Shown: positions 28,603 through 37,667, counted from the first letter of the stretch. The stretch is 54,264 nt of DNA from a virus (IMGVR_UViG_3300011439_000001:1-54264); one strand, 5' to 3'. Made by a program: numbers and translations. Notes: generated by a model from the letters alone, not told the origin.

Positions 28603-29048
28603 TAGTTCGCGTCCCTATCCTTTTTAGCCTGAAGCTCGTCTGCCTTGGTATCAATATCACCCAAAGTAATTGTGCTCTTTTCTTCCATCAAGAAATTGCT
28701 GTCATGGATATCGTGTGACCTTTTCATAGGATGCGTCAAACCACGTACCTCGCTAGCCAAGCCCCCCACAGCCACTACGTCGTTATCGTCAGCTAGTCCA
28801 TCAATCAACTTAGGCAACACTTTCTTAAGTTCATCCTTAGTAAGCGTATCTCCAGCATTGAAATCATTAGGATGGTTGTCATAAACAAATGCCTGAACAA
28901 CTCTTTCAGCGGGACCACCTTGAGGGCCAGCCAATTCTCCACTCTTTGCACGTCGATGCTGTTCTGCCATAGCATTAAGTGCTTCTGCTTCGTCCACTAC
29001 GTTCATAACAGAACTTCGTCCTGTCTCATAAACAACTTCTACAAACAT
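28602..29048 (-). CDS. Hypothetical protein
   Basis: 148 aa with an AGGAG RBS upstream. Confidence 0.7.
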   Translation of the reverse strand: MFVEVVYETGRSSVMNVVDEAEALNAMAEQHRRAKSGELAGPQGGPAERVVQAFVYDNHPNDFNAGDTLTKDELKKVLPKLIDGLADDNDVVAVGGLASEVRGLTHPMKRSHDIHDSNFLMEEKSTITLGDIDTKADELQAKKDRDAN

Positions 29049-29079
29049 TAAGCCATAACTCCTTTCTAACTACTTGTAA

Positions 29080-29472
29080 TTACTTATTGGGCACGTCATC
29101 AACTGGCGCGCGTGGTGCTTCAAATCCTGCTTGAGATATCTCAGGATCGAAATAGAGATCGTCAATAGGATACACGCCTAGAGGAATTAAACGTACAGCG
29201 GCTTCAGGCGTCATTAGACGGCCAGTTCTAACGTGTTCAATATGCTGTTGTGGACTATGCTTCTTATTGTGATTAGTTGCCCACTCACGAATCAGAATAT
29301 CTACCGCTAGGCGTACCCCCTCATCGGAATCATAACTTGGTGACTTAGCAAGTTCCGGTTGGAAAGAATCACCACAGATACCACAATGTCTGGCTGGTCG
29401 CAACGGATCATAAGTTAGACCATCATCCTTACCGATGCCAAGTGGAGGTACATGAAGAAAGTGCTTGGACAT
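29080..29472 (-). CDS. Hypothetical protein with CxxC...H motif
   Basis: Likely start at ATG 29472 (MSKHFLH), just after the upstream stop. Confidence 0.65.
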   Translation of the reverse strand: MSKHFLHVPPLGIGKDDGLTYDPLRPARHCGICGDSFQPELAKSPSYDSDEGVRLAVDILIREWATNHNKKHSPQQHIEHVRTGRLMTPEAAVRLIPLGVYPIDDLYFDPEISQAGFEAPRAPVDDVPNK

Positions 29473-29473
29473 A

Positions 29474-29854
29474 TTACTCGGTGGTAATCTCTTTTGGTTT
29501 AGATTCAGATTCCATCTCTTCAAGCAATTCAGCAAGAGAATCCTTAGCTCCTGCACCACCGGGAAGTAGCGCGTTCTCTAGCAACCACTTAGTAGCCTGA
29601 AACTTTACACTATCGCTTCCAGCGCCAAGAGATAGACCTCGCATAGTTACGAGATAATCAGGAACGTGCTTAGCAATTTCTTCTTTCGTCTTTTTGGCAA
29701 TCTGGCGAATATTAGTAGGATCATTCTGTTCTGCAAATTCCTGCTCCAAAGCCTTCTTATAGAGAGCGAGCGATTCGCTGCTGTTACTGCTCTTGCTGTT
29801 ATCGCTTAAATCTTCAAACATTGGTTCTTCATTGCTTTTGTTGTTTTCTTCCAT
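29474..29854 (-). CDS. Putative terminase small subunit
   Basis: First gene of the late arm; helical, with SDSVKFQATKWLLE resembling TerS-like proteins. Confidence 0.5.
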   Translation of the reverse strand: MEENNKSNEEPMFEDLSDNSKSSNSSESLALYKKALEQEFAEQNDPTNIRQIAKKTKEEIAKHVPDYLVTMRGLSLGAGSDSVKFQATKWLLENALLPGGAGAKDSLAELLEEMESESKPKEITTE

Positions 29855-30046
29855 GCCGGAAGTGTAGGCGTAGAGGGGGCGAGAGCTAACTATCTACTTA
29901 TGGACAAGTGCATGTAACAATCCGCACATGCATTTTTATACGTTTGGAGGTAGTCGGCAACAGTCCACCAGTTTCTTCGCTCTAGGGAGTAAAGTACCTA
30001 GTGTTAGGTCATAGATACAGAGTCAATAAAGAAAGGTAGGTTAGAC

Positions 30047-30241
30047 ATGAAGCATATGTACAACTCAGACGGCATGATCCCCTACGCGGGCAAGCCAATG
30101 GCATCTAGACGATGGCAGTCTAGCCGATACAAGGCACCCTCAACTACAAGAGACAGAAGTGTCACTCTCACACTCGACGACAAGGCATCTATGCGAGACG
30201 CAGCGGTAGCGCGCGGAGCTAGGCTGAGGTACCGGGACTAG
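30047..30241 (+). CDS. Hypothetical early protein
   Basis: GAAAGGTAGG RBS; first + strand gene. Confidence 0.6.
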   Translation: MKHMYNSDGMIPYAGKPMASRRWQSSRYKAPSTTRDRSVTLTLDDKASMRDAAVARGARLRYRD

Positions 30242-30316
30242 GAATAACTAAGCCTAGTCCACTCCCGCCGCAATAGTGGCACAGGAGGCATACCGCACTA
30301 GGCTTAGTTATCCCTA
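30239..30316. repeat. 20-bp inverted repeat (one mismatch) enclosing an inner hairpin
   Basis: TAGGAATAACTAAGCCTAGT (30239-30258) / ACTAGGCTTAGTTATCCCTA (30297-30316). Confidence 0.85.
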
Positions 30317-30339
30317 CGCCCAACATGGAGGCATCATAA

Positions 30340-30630
30340 ATGAAGCGAGCTAAGTACAAAGCTAAGAACGTAGGCGAGTATAAGATACTCAGGCGATGTA
30401 CTCATTACGAGGGTTGCAATGAGTACGGTATCGTCAGCTATCGCAACGATCCTCCATCGGGTACTGTAAAGGTAGAGTTTCGTTGCATCGAGCATACCAA
30501 CGCAGAGAAGCCTAAGCGGGTAGCTAAGCCTAAGCCTAAAGGCTACACGAAATGCGACGATCCTACCCGGCTATTGTCCCTCGGAATCTACAACACAACT
30601 AGAAAGGTGTGGAAACATGAGAGTAACTAG
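30340..30630 (+). CDS. Hypothetical basic Cys/His protein
   Basis: GGAGG RBS; 96 aa. Confidence 0.65.
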   Translation: MKRAKYKAKNVGEYKILRRCTHYEGCNEYGIVSYRNDPPSGTVKVEFRCIEHTNAEKPKRVAKPKPKGYTKCDDPTRLLSLGIYNTTRKVWKHESN

Positions 30631-30694
30631 GTTCAATATCGTTTGGGTCATTGCAGTCGCTTCTGCGATTCTCTACACAATCACGCTAGCTTGA
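30617..30694 (+). CDS. Tiny membrane peptide (25 aa)
   Basis: MRVTRFNIVWVIAVASAILYTITLA after GAAAGGTG. Confidence 0.5.
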   Translation: MRVTRFNIVWVIAVASAILYTITLA

Positions 30695-30903
30695 GCACAG
30701 ATCGCGGAAATCGTACGAACACCTGTTCGGAGTATCTATCTATCTACTCCTTACTAGGTACTGAACTCTCGGAACTCTTTACTACTACTTACTACTACCT
30801 ACTACTACCTAATAAGACTAGAAACTCACAAAAAGTGTTCAGTATGGATATTCAAAAATAAAGCCGATCTTAGGAACTACGCCGAAAGGGTTAGGTTAGC
30901 CAA

Positions 30904-31128
30904 ATGAGCGTACAAATCCGCACAGAAGATGGTGTCACGGTAGGCGAAAATGATCGCGTCTATAACTACTACGATATGAAGCCAGGTTACATCAAACCTA
31001 ACAGTATCCGAATGATGCCCGATCCCTGGTTTGATGTAGTACATGATGACGGTACTACTTCGGTACTAAATGGTGAAAGGATTTGCTCCCTACAATACGC
31101 TAAGAGAAGGGGATTCAAAGATGCTTAG
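30904..31128 (+). CDS. Hypothetical protein
   Basis: 74-aa ORF with RBS. Confidence 0.7.
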   Translation: MSVQIRTEDGVTVGENDRVYNYYDMKPGYIKPNSIRMMPDPWFDVVHDDGTTSVLNGERICSLQYAKRRGFKDA

Positions 31129-31348
31129 CCTAATATCATCACAATCACTGTATGAATCGGTAGACTTTAGCCGATGTACTCATGATGAAATCGTAGGCAT
31201 TGCTCGTCTTGTACCTAAGATTCAACAGCTACGATCTGAAGAAAGAATCTGGCATGAGGATTTTAGGCAAGAATGTTTCATCATCCTAGATCATATCGAC
31301 TTTCTAATGTACACTACATTCCGAGAACATGAAAGGAAGTTGAGTTAG
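31121..31348 (+). CDS. Hypothetical protein
   Basis: Likely ATG start at 31121, overlapping the upstream gene end. Confidence 0.6.
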   Translation: MLSLISSQSLYESVDFSRCTHDEIVGIARLVPKIQQLRSEERIWHEDFRQECFIILDHIDFLMYTTFREHERKLS

Positions 31349-31349
31349 C

Positions 31350-31550
31350 ATGGTACTCATGGAAAGAATGATCGACGACGACCACGCCATTAGACTTGAT
31401 TACGCTAAGGAATCAGACCAGCGATTGCAGGTAATGGTAGTTGAGCGCGAGACTAAGCTAGCTATCTGGATCAAACGAACAGACGACGGTAAGCAGGCTA
31501 TCGAAATCTTCCATCATCCATTCTTCTACGGTTTCGGCCTTGACAGATAA
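31350..31550 (+). CDS. Hypothetical protein
   Basis: 66 aa ending AIEIFHHPFFYG. Confidence 0.7.
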   Translation: MVLMERMIDDDHAIRLDYAKESDQRLQVMVVERETKLAIWIKRTDDGKQAIEIFHHPFFYGFGLDR

Positions 31551-31568
31551 CCCAGGAAGGAGTACAAT
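31540..31568 (+). promoter_or_regulatory. sigma70-type promoter
   Basis: TTGACA-N17-TACAAT. Confidence 0.75.
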
Positions 31569-31652
31569 GCGGTGACAAAACTAGATGCTGCTAAGTACCT
31601 AAGTATGCAACATACATACCACGACCGCTCAGAAACGGAAAGGAGGCTAACT

Positions 31653-31988
31653 ATGAGCACACTTATGTTTGAGCCGATCACTGATGAGCAGGAGATCAAC
31701 GCTACTCTTACTAGTCGTAGTGGTAAGGGTGAGTCTGAGACTTTTCTCAAGGGTCTTGAGAATGCATATCAGGCATATATCGAAGAGCATCCCGATGGAC
31801 ATTTCATCGTCCCGTTGAATGAGAGGGAGGGTTCTAAGTTCTTCGGTAAGCGTACTGATTCTCTGTATGCTTCGATGTACGCTACGTTGAAGAGACTTGA
31901 TCTTACTTCAACATGGAGACTCGTCCGAGTCAAGAAGTCTCGTGATGACGGTACGGAAGAGTCTTTCCTGCGTATCGTTCGTCTGTAG
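31653..31988 (+). CDS. Hypothetical protein, paralog of 38175..38468
   Basis: GAAAGGAGG RBS before ATG 31653; MSTLMFEPITDE...RSGKGE...FFGKR. Confidence 0.8.
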   Translation: MSTLMFEPITDEQEINATLTSRSGKGESETFLKGLENAYQAYIEEHPDGHFIVPLNEREGSKFFGKRTDSLYASMYATLKRLDLTSTWRLVRVKKSRDDGTEESFLRIVRL

Positions 31989-31995
31989 TACAAAG

Positions 31996-32028
31996 TAGCC
32001 TAGTTACAGGTCATACTGGACTAGGCTA
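31996..32028 (+). terminator. Hairpin after 31653..31988 (putative terminator)
   Basis: TAGCCTAGTT...GACTAGGCTA. Confidence 0.5.
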
Positions 32029-32156
32029 ATGTGCAATACATTGAAATACATTGAAAGAGTGCGGAATGACGAATCCTGTTAGTAACTACCGCGCAATGCA
32101 GAGTGCCAGGGCTAAGAGTAGTTATTCATTCCGCCGAATCTAAACAGGAGGATAAG

Positions 32157-32357
32157 ATGACAGAACGATATGAAGTAACACTGAGAGATATGCGAACAGG
32201 CAATAGACGTTCGTTTATGTTTTCGGCTACTAGCTTTAGTCACGTCGAGGAAATGATTACGGATACTGATTTGACCCACCCATATTTCGATCCGGGTAAT
32301 GAAGAGATAATCAGTATTGATAAGGATTATGCAACTGATGAGGAAGGAGGTGAATAA
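32157..32357 (+). CDS. Hypothetical protein
   Basis: AGGAGG RBS before ATG 32157. Confidence 0.7.
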   Translation: MTERYEVTLRDMRTGNRRSFMFSATSFSHVEEMITDTDLTHPYFDPGNEEIISIDKDYATDEEGGE

Positions 32358-32359
32358 CC

Positions 32360-32749
32360 ATGAAGTATTCTGAGAGAGATGAGATGGTAGCTGATCTTCG
32401 AGCATTTGCAGATTTCATCGAAGAGAATGGACATAAGCTACCCGGTAATATTTACCTCGGATCATCTTACAATAGTTTGTGGGATGATGATAGGTCTACT
32501 GCTAAGGAGAAGGCAAAGCAGGTGGCTAAGATTCTGGCGAAGGGTGGACTGGTCGAGAAGAAGCATGATAACTATAGTCTCGACTTGATTCGCAAGTTTG
32601 GTCAGATCAAGCTATGTTTCAGTATCAATCGAGAGAAGTTTTGTCGTAAGGTAGTAAAAGGTACGAAGGAGATTCCAGCAGTTACATATGAAGTACGTAC
32701 AGAAGAGATCGTCGAGTGGGTATGTGATGATCCCGTACTTGCAGGTTAG
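32360..32749 (+). CDS. Hypothetical protein
   Basis: GGAGGTG RBS; 129 aa ending VEWVCDDPVLAG. Confidence 0.8.
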   Translation: MKYSERDEMVADLRAFADFIEENGHKLPGNIYLGSSYNSLWDDDRSTAKEKAKQVAKILAKGGLVEKKHDNYSLDLIRKFGQIKLCFSINREKFCRKVVKGTKEIPAVTYEVRTEEIVEWVCDDPVLAG

Positions 32750-32772
32750 CAGGTTAGCAGAAAGGAGAACTA

Positions 32773-32967
32773 ATGGCAAGTGTAGTTACAATTAAAATCG
32801 GCTATTATGATAAGAGTCACAGCTACACTGAGAGTTTTACTTGTGCTGATACGCACCCTTCGGCTGAAGTAATCGTTCAGCTAGAGCAGGAGATGCGTGA
32901 TAAGTATTGGAACATGAATCACAGAGGTAGTGGAATAAATTTGCACACGGTGGTGAAAATGTCATGA
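32773..32967 (+). CDS. Hypothetical protein
   Basis: AAAGGAG RBS. Confidence 0.65.
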   Translation: MASVVTIKIGYYDKSHSYTESFTCADTHPSAEVIVQLEQEMRDKYWNMNHRGSGINLHTVVKMS

Positions 32968-33164
32968 AGATATGGATTGACCTGGACTCAGGAACATGGG
33001 GTGATTTAGATACCCTGGTTACTGTTGACCTAGATGAAGTCGCAAAAGAATCCAGTATCGTAGCGACAGGTAATCTACTACTAGCACTAGAAAGTTCGTC
33101 AGATAGTCAGGTGTGGGACTTCGGTAAGAAGTATGGAAAGAAAGCACAACATGCCACTAGCTGA
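32964..33164 (+). CDS. Hypothetical protein
   Basis: ATGA overlap with the upstream gene. Confidence 0.65.
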   Translation: MKIWIDLDSGTWGDLDTLVTVDLDEVAKESSIVATGNLLLALESSSDSQVWDFGKKYGKKAQHATS

Positions 33165-33360
33165 TTACTCACATCATAATGAAGAAGCAGCAATGATTTG
33201 GTGGCAAGAGGAAGGTAAGCATAGTGTTCATGTAGATCATTATGATCCTGAAGATTGGGACGATGATCCGCCTACACTTTGGGACGAGCGTGATGATGAC
33301 GATTATGAACGGGAGGCTAAAGAAGATGAATGCGAGAGCGAGACGGAGCAAGAGACGTAA
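33151..33360 (+). CDS. Highly acidic hypothetical protein
   Basis: D/E-rich C-terminal half. Confidence 0.6.
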   Translation: MPLADYSHHNEEAAMIWWQEEGKHSVHVDHYDPEDWDDDPPTLWDERDDDDYEREAKEDECESETEQET

Positions 33361-33568
33361 AGATATCATTGCTATCTGTGATGAGATGCGAACGGATAGT
33401 ATGGATGGTAATGGACTTGATCCTAATAACTATGAGCCAGAAGATTTGAAAGACTGTATCAAGAACTGCCTTGGTTTGGATTACCTCAGTGATCCTGAAT
33501 ATAGGCTGGCTGTGGTGGCCTTTGAAGAAGGTACCGCCGCTGCTAAATCTAGTGTTTGGTACAAGTAA
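33326..33568 (+). CDS. Hypothetical protein
   Basis: GGAGG upstream of ATG 33326. Confidence 0.6.
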   Translation: MNARARRSKRRKDIIAICDEMRTDSMDGNGLDPNNYEPEDLKDCIKNCLGLDYLSDPEYRLAVVAFEEGTAAAKSSVWYK

Positions 33569-33622
33569 GGTAGTTACCCATGATACTAAAGCTGGATGGT
33601 TTAATGGATACGAGGAGGAAGA

Positions 33623-33964
33623 ATGAAGATAGTAGAAAACCATATTGCAGAAGAGGATAACGAACGAAGGTATCATCTGTCTGATCCAATGGTGTCAGAT
33701 ATTGACGATACAATCTTCGATCCTGAATCATCTACTCTAGTTGGGGATATCTTCCGGCATTCACAAAAAGAATTCGGTAGGTGTGTTTCCAAAGTGTACC
33801 AAGATACACCCGATGGAATGATAGCTTTGGGATGGGTATTTCAGAAGCGTATGCAGTATGAGGATGATACTTCAAAATCCTATATCCATGAGGTATGGGT
33901 ATCACTCTATGATGAGTGGCAACCTACAGTAATCAAGAAACCACACAAGATTGGGGTACTATAA
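33623..33964 (+). CDS. Hypothetical protein
   Basis: GAGGAGG RBS; EFGRCVSKVY...GWVFQKR. Confidence 0.75.
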   Translation: MKIVENHIAEEDNERRYHLSDPMVSDIDDTIFDPESSTLVGDIFRHSQKEFGRCVSKVYQDTPDGMIALGWVFQKRMQYEDDTSKSYIHEVWVSLYDEWQPTVIKKPHKIGVL

Positions 33965-34182
33965 TGCCAAGAGAGTTTACGGATGCACACAGTAGACAGT
34001 TGCTCAGACTTCTTGACCAATATCAAGAAGAGTTTGCTCCTGATCTACCGCAAACTATTCCCGCTCTAGCAGAGGACTTGGCTATGTCTCTTGACGAGAC
34101 TAGTAATGAGGATGATAAGATGCGCCAAGATATTTGTCAAGCATGGGAAGGTTGGCCTAAGCCACCTAACTTGGAGGGATAA
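33964..34182 (+). CDS. Hypothetical protein
   Basis: TAATG coupling to the upstream gene. Confidence 0.65.
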   Translation: MPREFTDAHSRQLLRLLDQYQEEFAPDLPQTIPALAEDLAMSLDETSNEDDKMRQDICQAWEGWPKPPNLEG

Positions 34183-34404
34183 ATGGCAGGTCTAACTCTA
34201 GATCAAGCTAGAAAACTGAAGTACGGTGACGTACTGATTGACCGTGAAGGTAAGCGGTGGAAAGTTAATGGTCAAGTTAAATTGTGGAAGCGTGATCCCG
34301 GTAGGATTCGTGTACCACTGAAGCATGGTCTGTATAGATACGATGCACTAACCGAGGCTGACTTTCTCGGTGGCCTATGTACTATGATCGACCATAAGGA
34401 GTGA
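34183..34404 (+). CDS. Hypothetical protein
   Basis: GGAGG RBS; WKVNGQVKLWKRDP...PLKHGL. Confidence 0.75.
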   Translation: MAGLTLDQARKLKYGDVLIDREGKRWKVNGQVKLWKRDPGRIRVPLKHGLYRYDALTEADFLGGLCTMIDHKE

Positions 34405-34598
34405 AGATGACCGTTGCAAAATGGTTGAACGAGAATAGGACTAAAGCTGTCATGTTGGATAGTGACGGTACCGTTAGTTTTATCCATCGAGAGAACTCAG
34501 GACAAATTTGGAGTCCACCTGAGAAGCTAGAGCCTTATGCTTTTGAAGTTAAACCAGATGACAGGTGTAATCTAGTCGGCGTAACTTGGCACAGATGA
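34401..34598 (+). CDS. Hypothetical protein
   Basis: Coupled ORF. Confidence 0.6.
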   Translation: MKMTVAKWLNENRTKAVMLDSDGTVSFIHRENSGQIWSPPEKLEPYAFEVKPDDRCNLVGVTWHR

Positions 34599-34990
34599 GA
34601 CTTGAACAGATACTAGAGAATAGAGAACCAGGCAAAACTAAGACAGCACACAATTGGTTTAGTTACTGCTGGAAAAATGATAATGATGAACTGATCCTGA
34701 ATGTAACGCATCACTATACGCAGATGATTCAGTTTAAGATTAGAAACAAGCCACCCTATTTTCCAGTACCTGAACGATCTATCATGCACATAGATATCGG
34801 TGAAGGATCGAAGTCAGATCAGAAGGGTATGAATAGAATCTTCGTGGCATTGGGACTACCCTTCTACTATGCGCGAAACAATCGTGATCCGCGTATACTT
34901 CGGTTGCTGAATCCCGACCATGTAAAGCAGCTACCTCGTAACCTACGAGACAGAGAAGTTAGGGTGAACATCTTTGGGTATACTGCCTGA
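34595..34990 (+). CDS. Hypothetical protein
   Basis: ATGA-coupled ORF of about 131 aa. Confidence 0.65.
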   Translation: MRLEQILENREPGKTKTAHNWFSYCWKNDNDELILNVTHHYTQMIQFKIRNKPPYFPVPERSIMHIDIGEGSKSDQKGMNRIFVALGLPFYYARNNRDPRILRLLNPDHVKQLPRNLRDREVRVNIFGYTA

Positions 34991-35138
34991 ACACAAAGTA
35001 GAAATCTTTAGAACTTTGCTTGGTAACTACGGTGTGCATTGTTATGTATGCGGTAGTCTAGGTACATACAAAACTTTAATGCGAGCAGAAGCTCGTAAAT
35101 TAACTCACGATAAGGAACAAGATGCCGGCTCAGAATAA
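34974..35138 (+). CDS. Small CxxC...H zinc-finger-like protein (54 aa)
   Basis: Read manually from TTG: ...GVHCYVCGSLGTYKTLMRAEARKLTHD...; fills the gap. Confidence 0.5.
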   Translation: MGILPEHKVEIFRTLLGNYGVHCYVCGSLGTYKTLMRAEARKLTHDKEQDAGSE

Positions 35139-35403
35139 CTCACCTAAGTTTCATGCACTACACTATAACTTCGTAGCTAAGCGATTGCGTGAAGCGTATG
35201 ATACTACTCGGGATCATCCCGGTAACGTCACCAAGGTCATGCAGCTATCTGCTAACGCTATGCTAACTGACCTAGCTGTATCATTTGCTCAGTCATTCAA
35301 GAAGGACAATCCAAACTTCGATCCGATTAGGTTTCTCGATGCGTGTTCACCCGATACGGAATTGTACCCGTTCAGTGAACTATGGGAATCCGCAGAAGGG
35401 TAG
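35122..35403 (+). CDS. Hypothetical protein
   Basis: FKKDNPNFDPIRFLDAC, a motif common in small phage early proteins. Confidence 0.75.
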   Translation: MPAQNNSPKFHALHYNFVAKRLREAYDTTRDHPGNVTKVMQLSANAMLTDLAVSFAQSFKKDNPNFDPIRFLDACSPDTELYPFSELWESAEG

Positions 35404-35420
35404 TAAAGTTAAGTACACCC

Positions 35421-35449
35421 TTGACTTCCTTCCCGTTTTGTGTTAATCT
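35421..35449 (+). promoter_or_regulatory. sigma70-type promoter with extended -10
   Basis: TTGACT-N17-TAATCT with TG upstream of the -10; intergenic. Confidence 0.7.
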
Positions 35450-35482
35450 GTTCCAACATATTTAGTAACTATGGGGGTGGCG

Positions 35483-35713
35483 ATGGACACTGTTAAAATG
35501 CGCGATGTTCGATTTATGCGCGATGAGTATATTCTAGTAATTGACGGTACCGACCACGCAACACAATTTATGGTAGCTTGTCGATCGGTGGCAGAAGCTA
35601 CTATTCGTAGTAACTTCCGATGGTGGTTTAAATCAGTCGAAGGAACTCTCTCACAAGAAGCCGTGCTAGTTAGCGATATGTCTTGGCACGTTGTAATTGA
35701 GTTTGGTGACTAA
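35483..35713 (+). CDS. Hypothetical protein
   Basis: GGGGGTG RBS before ATG 35483. Confidence 0.65.
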   Translation: MDTVKMRDVRFMRDEYILVIDGTDHATQFMVACRSVAEATIRSNFRWWFKSVEGTLSQEAVLVSDMSWHVVIEFGD

Positions 35714-36139
35714 ATGAACATCGGATTTACAGGTACTCGGGAAGGTATGACGTTTAACCAAAAGCGTACCCTCAGTAGCATTCTAGCTTGGTACGCTAGC
35801 AATCAGAATGCAGAACAGTTCCATCATGGTAACTGCGTAGGTTCTGATGAGCAAGCAGCACGAATAGCCGACGGTAAATCTTATGTCACTGTAGCTCACC
35901 CTGCTAAGGGAATGGTAGAGTGGCAAAGCAATTACAAATCTGACCTCAGTATGCCCGAGGACAAACCGCTGCAAAGAAACAAGACTATAGTACAACGGTC
36001 TGACCTATTGATTGCTTGTCCCAAAGAAGGATATGAACCACCCGCAGCAAGAGGACAAGGTACATGGTCTTGTATTAGATATGCGCGAGCTAAGAAGTTG
36101 AAGGTAATTATAATCTGGCCTAGTGGAAAGGCACAATGA
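35714..36139 (+). CDS. SLOG-superfamily (DprA/YspA-like) nucleotide-binding protein
   Basis: IGFTGTR, HHGNCVGSD, RNKTIV, LLIACP and GTWSCIRYA. Confidence 0.85.
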   Translation: MNIGFTGTREGMTFNQKRTLSSILAWYASNQNAEQFHHGNCVGSDEQAARIADGKSYVTVAHPAKGMVEWQSNYKSDLSMPEDKPLQRNKTIVQRSDLLIACPKEGYEPPAARGQGTWSCIRYARAKKLKVIIIWPSGKAQ

Positions 36140-36327
36140 TGACTGATAGTGACCAGTACACATTAACTACTACCGTCAAGAGTTATAGCCCTGGCACTAG
36201 AGTTCAGGTGCTTAACTTCACCAAGAGCAACACAGTATTTATTTCGGTTCTTGCAAGTAAAGAAGTTCTTGAAGTAACGCAGGATGATATCGTCAGACTA
36301 CGACCTCGTGTTCGTTATGCCTCTTGA
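36136..36327 (+). CDS. Hypothetical protein (SH3-like size)
   Basis: Coupled ORF. Confidence 0.6.
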   Translation: MMTDSDQYTLTTTVKSYSPGTRVQVLNFTKSNTVFISVLASKEVLEVTQDDIVRLRPRVRYAS

Positions 36328-36571
36328 TGATTTCGATATCACTAAAGATAGAGATTGGTTATCACCACTCAATGTACCTGTACTAGCTGAGGCAGTTAGA
36401 GATCGAATGCCATTCGTTGTACTAACTGGCAGGCGTTTTAATCTAACTTACGAAGAAGAACATGAGCGAGTGTTTGCAAGAGTGGATGGTAACTTTGCCC
36501 CTTGTGGTTGGTTTACATTTACTCAGCTAGAACAGTACGAATTTGAGAGTGACCATGATAAGCACCTATGA
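36317..36571 (+). CDS. Hypothetical protein
   Basis: Overlapping ATG at 36317. Confidence 0.6.
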   Translation: MPLDDFDITKDRDWLSPLNVPVLAEAVRDRMPFVVLTGRRFNLTYEEEHERVFARVDGNFAPCGWFTFTQLEQYEFESDHDKHL

Positions 36572-36579
36572 GGTAGGAA

Positions 36580-37116
36580 ATGAACTATAATGCAATAGAT
36601 ATTGACGAAGAGATTGCTTTTGTAAACCGCCGTAGTCGAGGTGGCCCATATCCTATGCACGCTAGGAAGGGCACGGTTCTCGATAAGCGTAAAGTTAAAC
36701 GGTGGCAGAATAAAAGTATGACGGGACAGGTTCTCGTTGAGACTAATCGACGACGCCATACTTACTATGCCGATGCGTATTCTAGAGAGGCACCGGAAGA
36801 ATACCCTGAGACTGAGGAAGTATGGATTGATGCATATACCGTCATAGACTTTTGGGATCGCTACGAACAAGAGCGAGAGCATCTATACGGTGAGCAATTG
36901 CGTCGTATGGCGCAAGCGGAGAAAGAACGTGCAGATAGAGAAGCCGCACGTCTAGAGGAAATCGAAAGGCGTAAGCGTAGAACTCTAGACTTGCAGGAAA
37001 AGATTGAATTTGGTTTTAGTCTACCGAAAGGTAGCGTACAGATCATGGATCATTCAGTTGTAATTAATCGTGACGTACTTGAAACCCGCTTCTTGGAAAA
37101 GGTGGTTGAGAATTAA
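36580..37116 (+). CDS. Hypothetical protein with charged coiled coil
   Basis: GAGGTAGG RBS; 178 aa. Confidence 0.75.
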   Translation: MNYNAIDIDEEIAFVNRRSRGGPYPMHARKGTVLDKRKVKRWQNKSMTGQVLVETNRRRHTYYADAYSREAPEEYPETEEVWIDAYTVIDFWDRYEQEREHLYGEQLRRMAQAEKERADREAARLEEIERRKRRTLDLQEKIEFGFSLPKGSVQIMDHSVVINRDVLETRFLEKVVEN

Positions 37117-37314
37117 ATGGATGAAGCAGGTATGATTAGTAAGATTGTATTCGATCTTCCAATCTATAGTTTCAATGTTGCTGATGATGAAGTTATCTTC
37201 AGACTACCGGGCCATGTACCTTCATCATCGGATTCGATTATTCCTATGAATTTTAAATCGTGGAACGACTTGGGTAAACCAATGAAAATTAGTATTGAGA
37301 TAATCCCGCTATGA
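37117..37314 (+). CDS. Hypothetical protein
   Basis: Adjacent ORF with WNDLGKP motif. Confidence 0.65.
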   Translation: MDEAGMISKIVFDLPIYSFNVADDEVIFRLPGHVPSSSDSIIPMNFKSWNDLGKPMKISIEIIPL

Positions 37315-37667
37315 GTGACTTCGCTTTTGAAGAAATCACAGAGGCAGAGCTACTCAAAGAAATCACCACACCCGTAGCCGGACGTAGAAATAAGAAGTAC
37401 GACGATACGATACGCACCCAAACAGGGTGGCATAAGTTGCCCCATGTTATGGGATTCTGCACAGTTCCAATACATGATGAATTGCAGAAATCAATATGTG
37501 CAGCATCCGAAGAGGCGAGACTTTTTCGGGAACAGAAGTATCCCAATCGTATGACGTATCTCATTGATCCATACCGCGTATGTCGTGATTGTTACGTTGC
37601 TGAGGCAGACATTGAATGTAGACAGAAAGGATTGCCACCGTTGGAATTGAGTGATCCCAATGTCTAG
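37311..37667 (+). CDS. Cys-containing hypothetical protein with FEEITEAEL N-terminus
   Basis: ATGA-coupled; C...H...CxxC. Confidence 0.7.
   Translation: MSDFAFEEITEAELLKEITTPVAGRRNKKYDDTIRTQTGWHKLPHVMGFCTVPIHDELQKSICAASEEARLFREQKYPNRMTYLIDPYRVCRDCYVAEADIECRQKGLPPLELSDPNV

Noticed and set aside
29855-30046. Lysogeny switch or attP at the divergence point
   Set aside because: No integrase, repressor/Cro pair or clear operator repeats were seen.
32035-32760. Short tandem duplications AATACATTGA x2 (32035-32054) and GCAGGTTA x2.5 (32741-32760)
   Set aside because: Short, unrelated to each other and consistent with slippage; no functional context.
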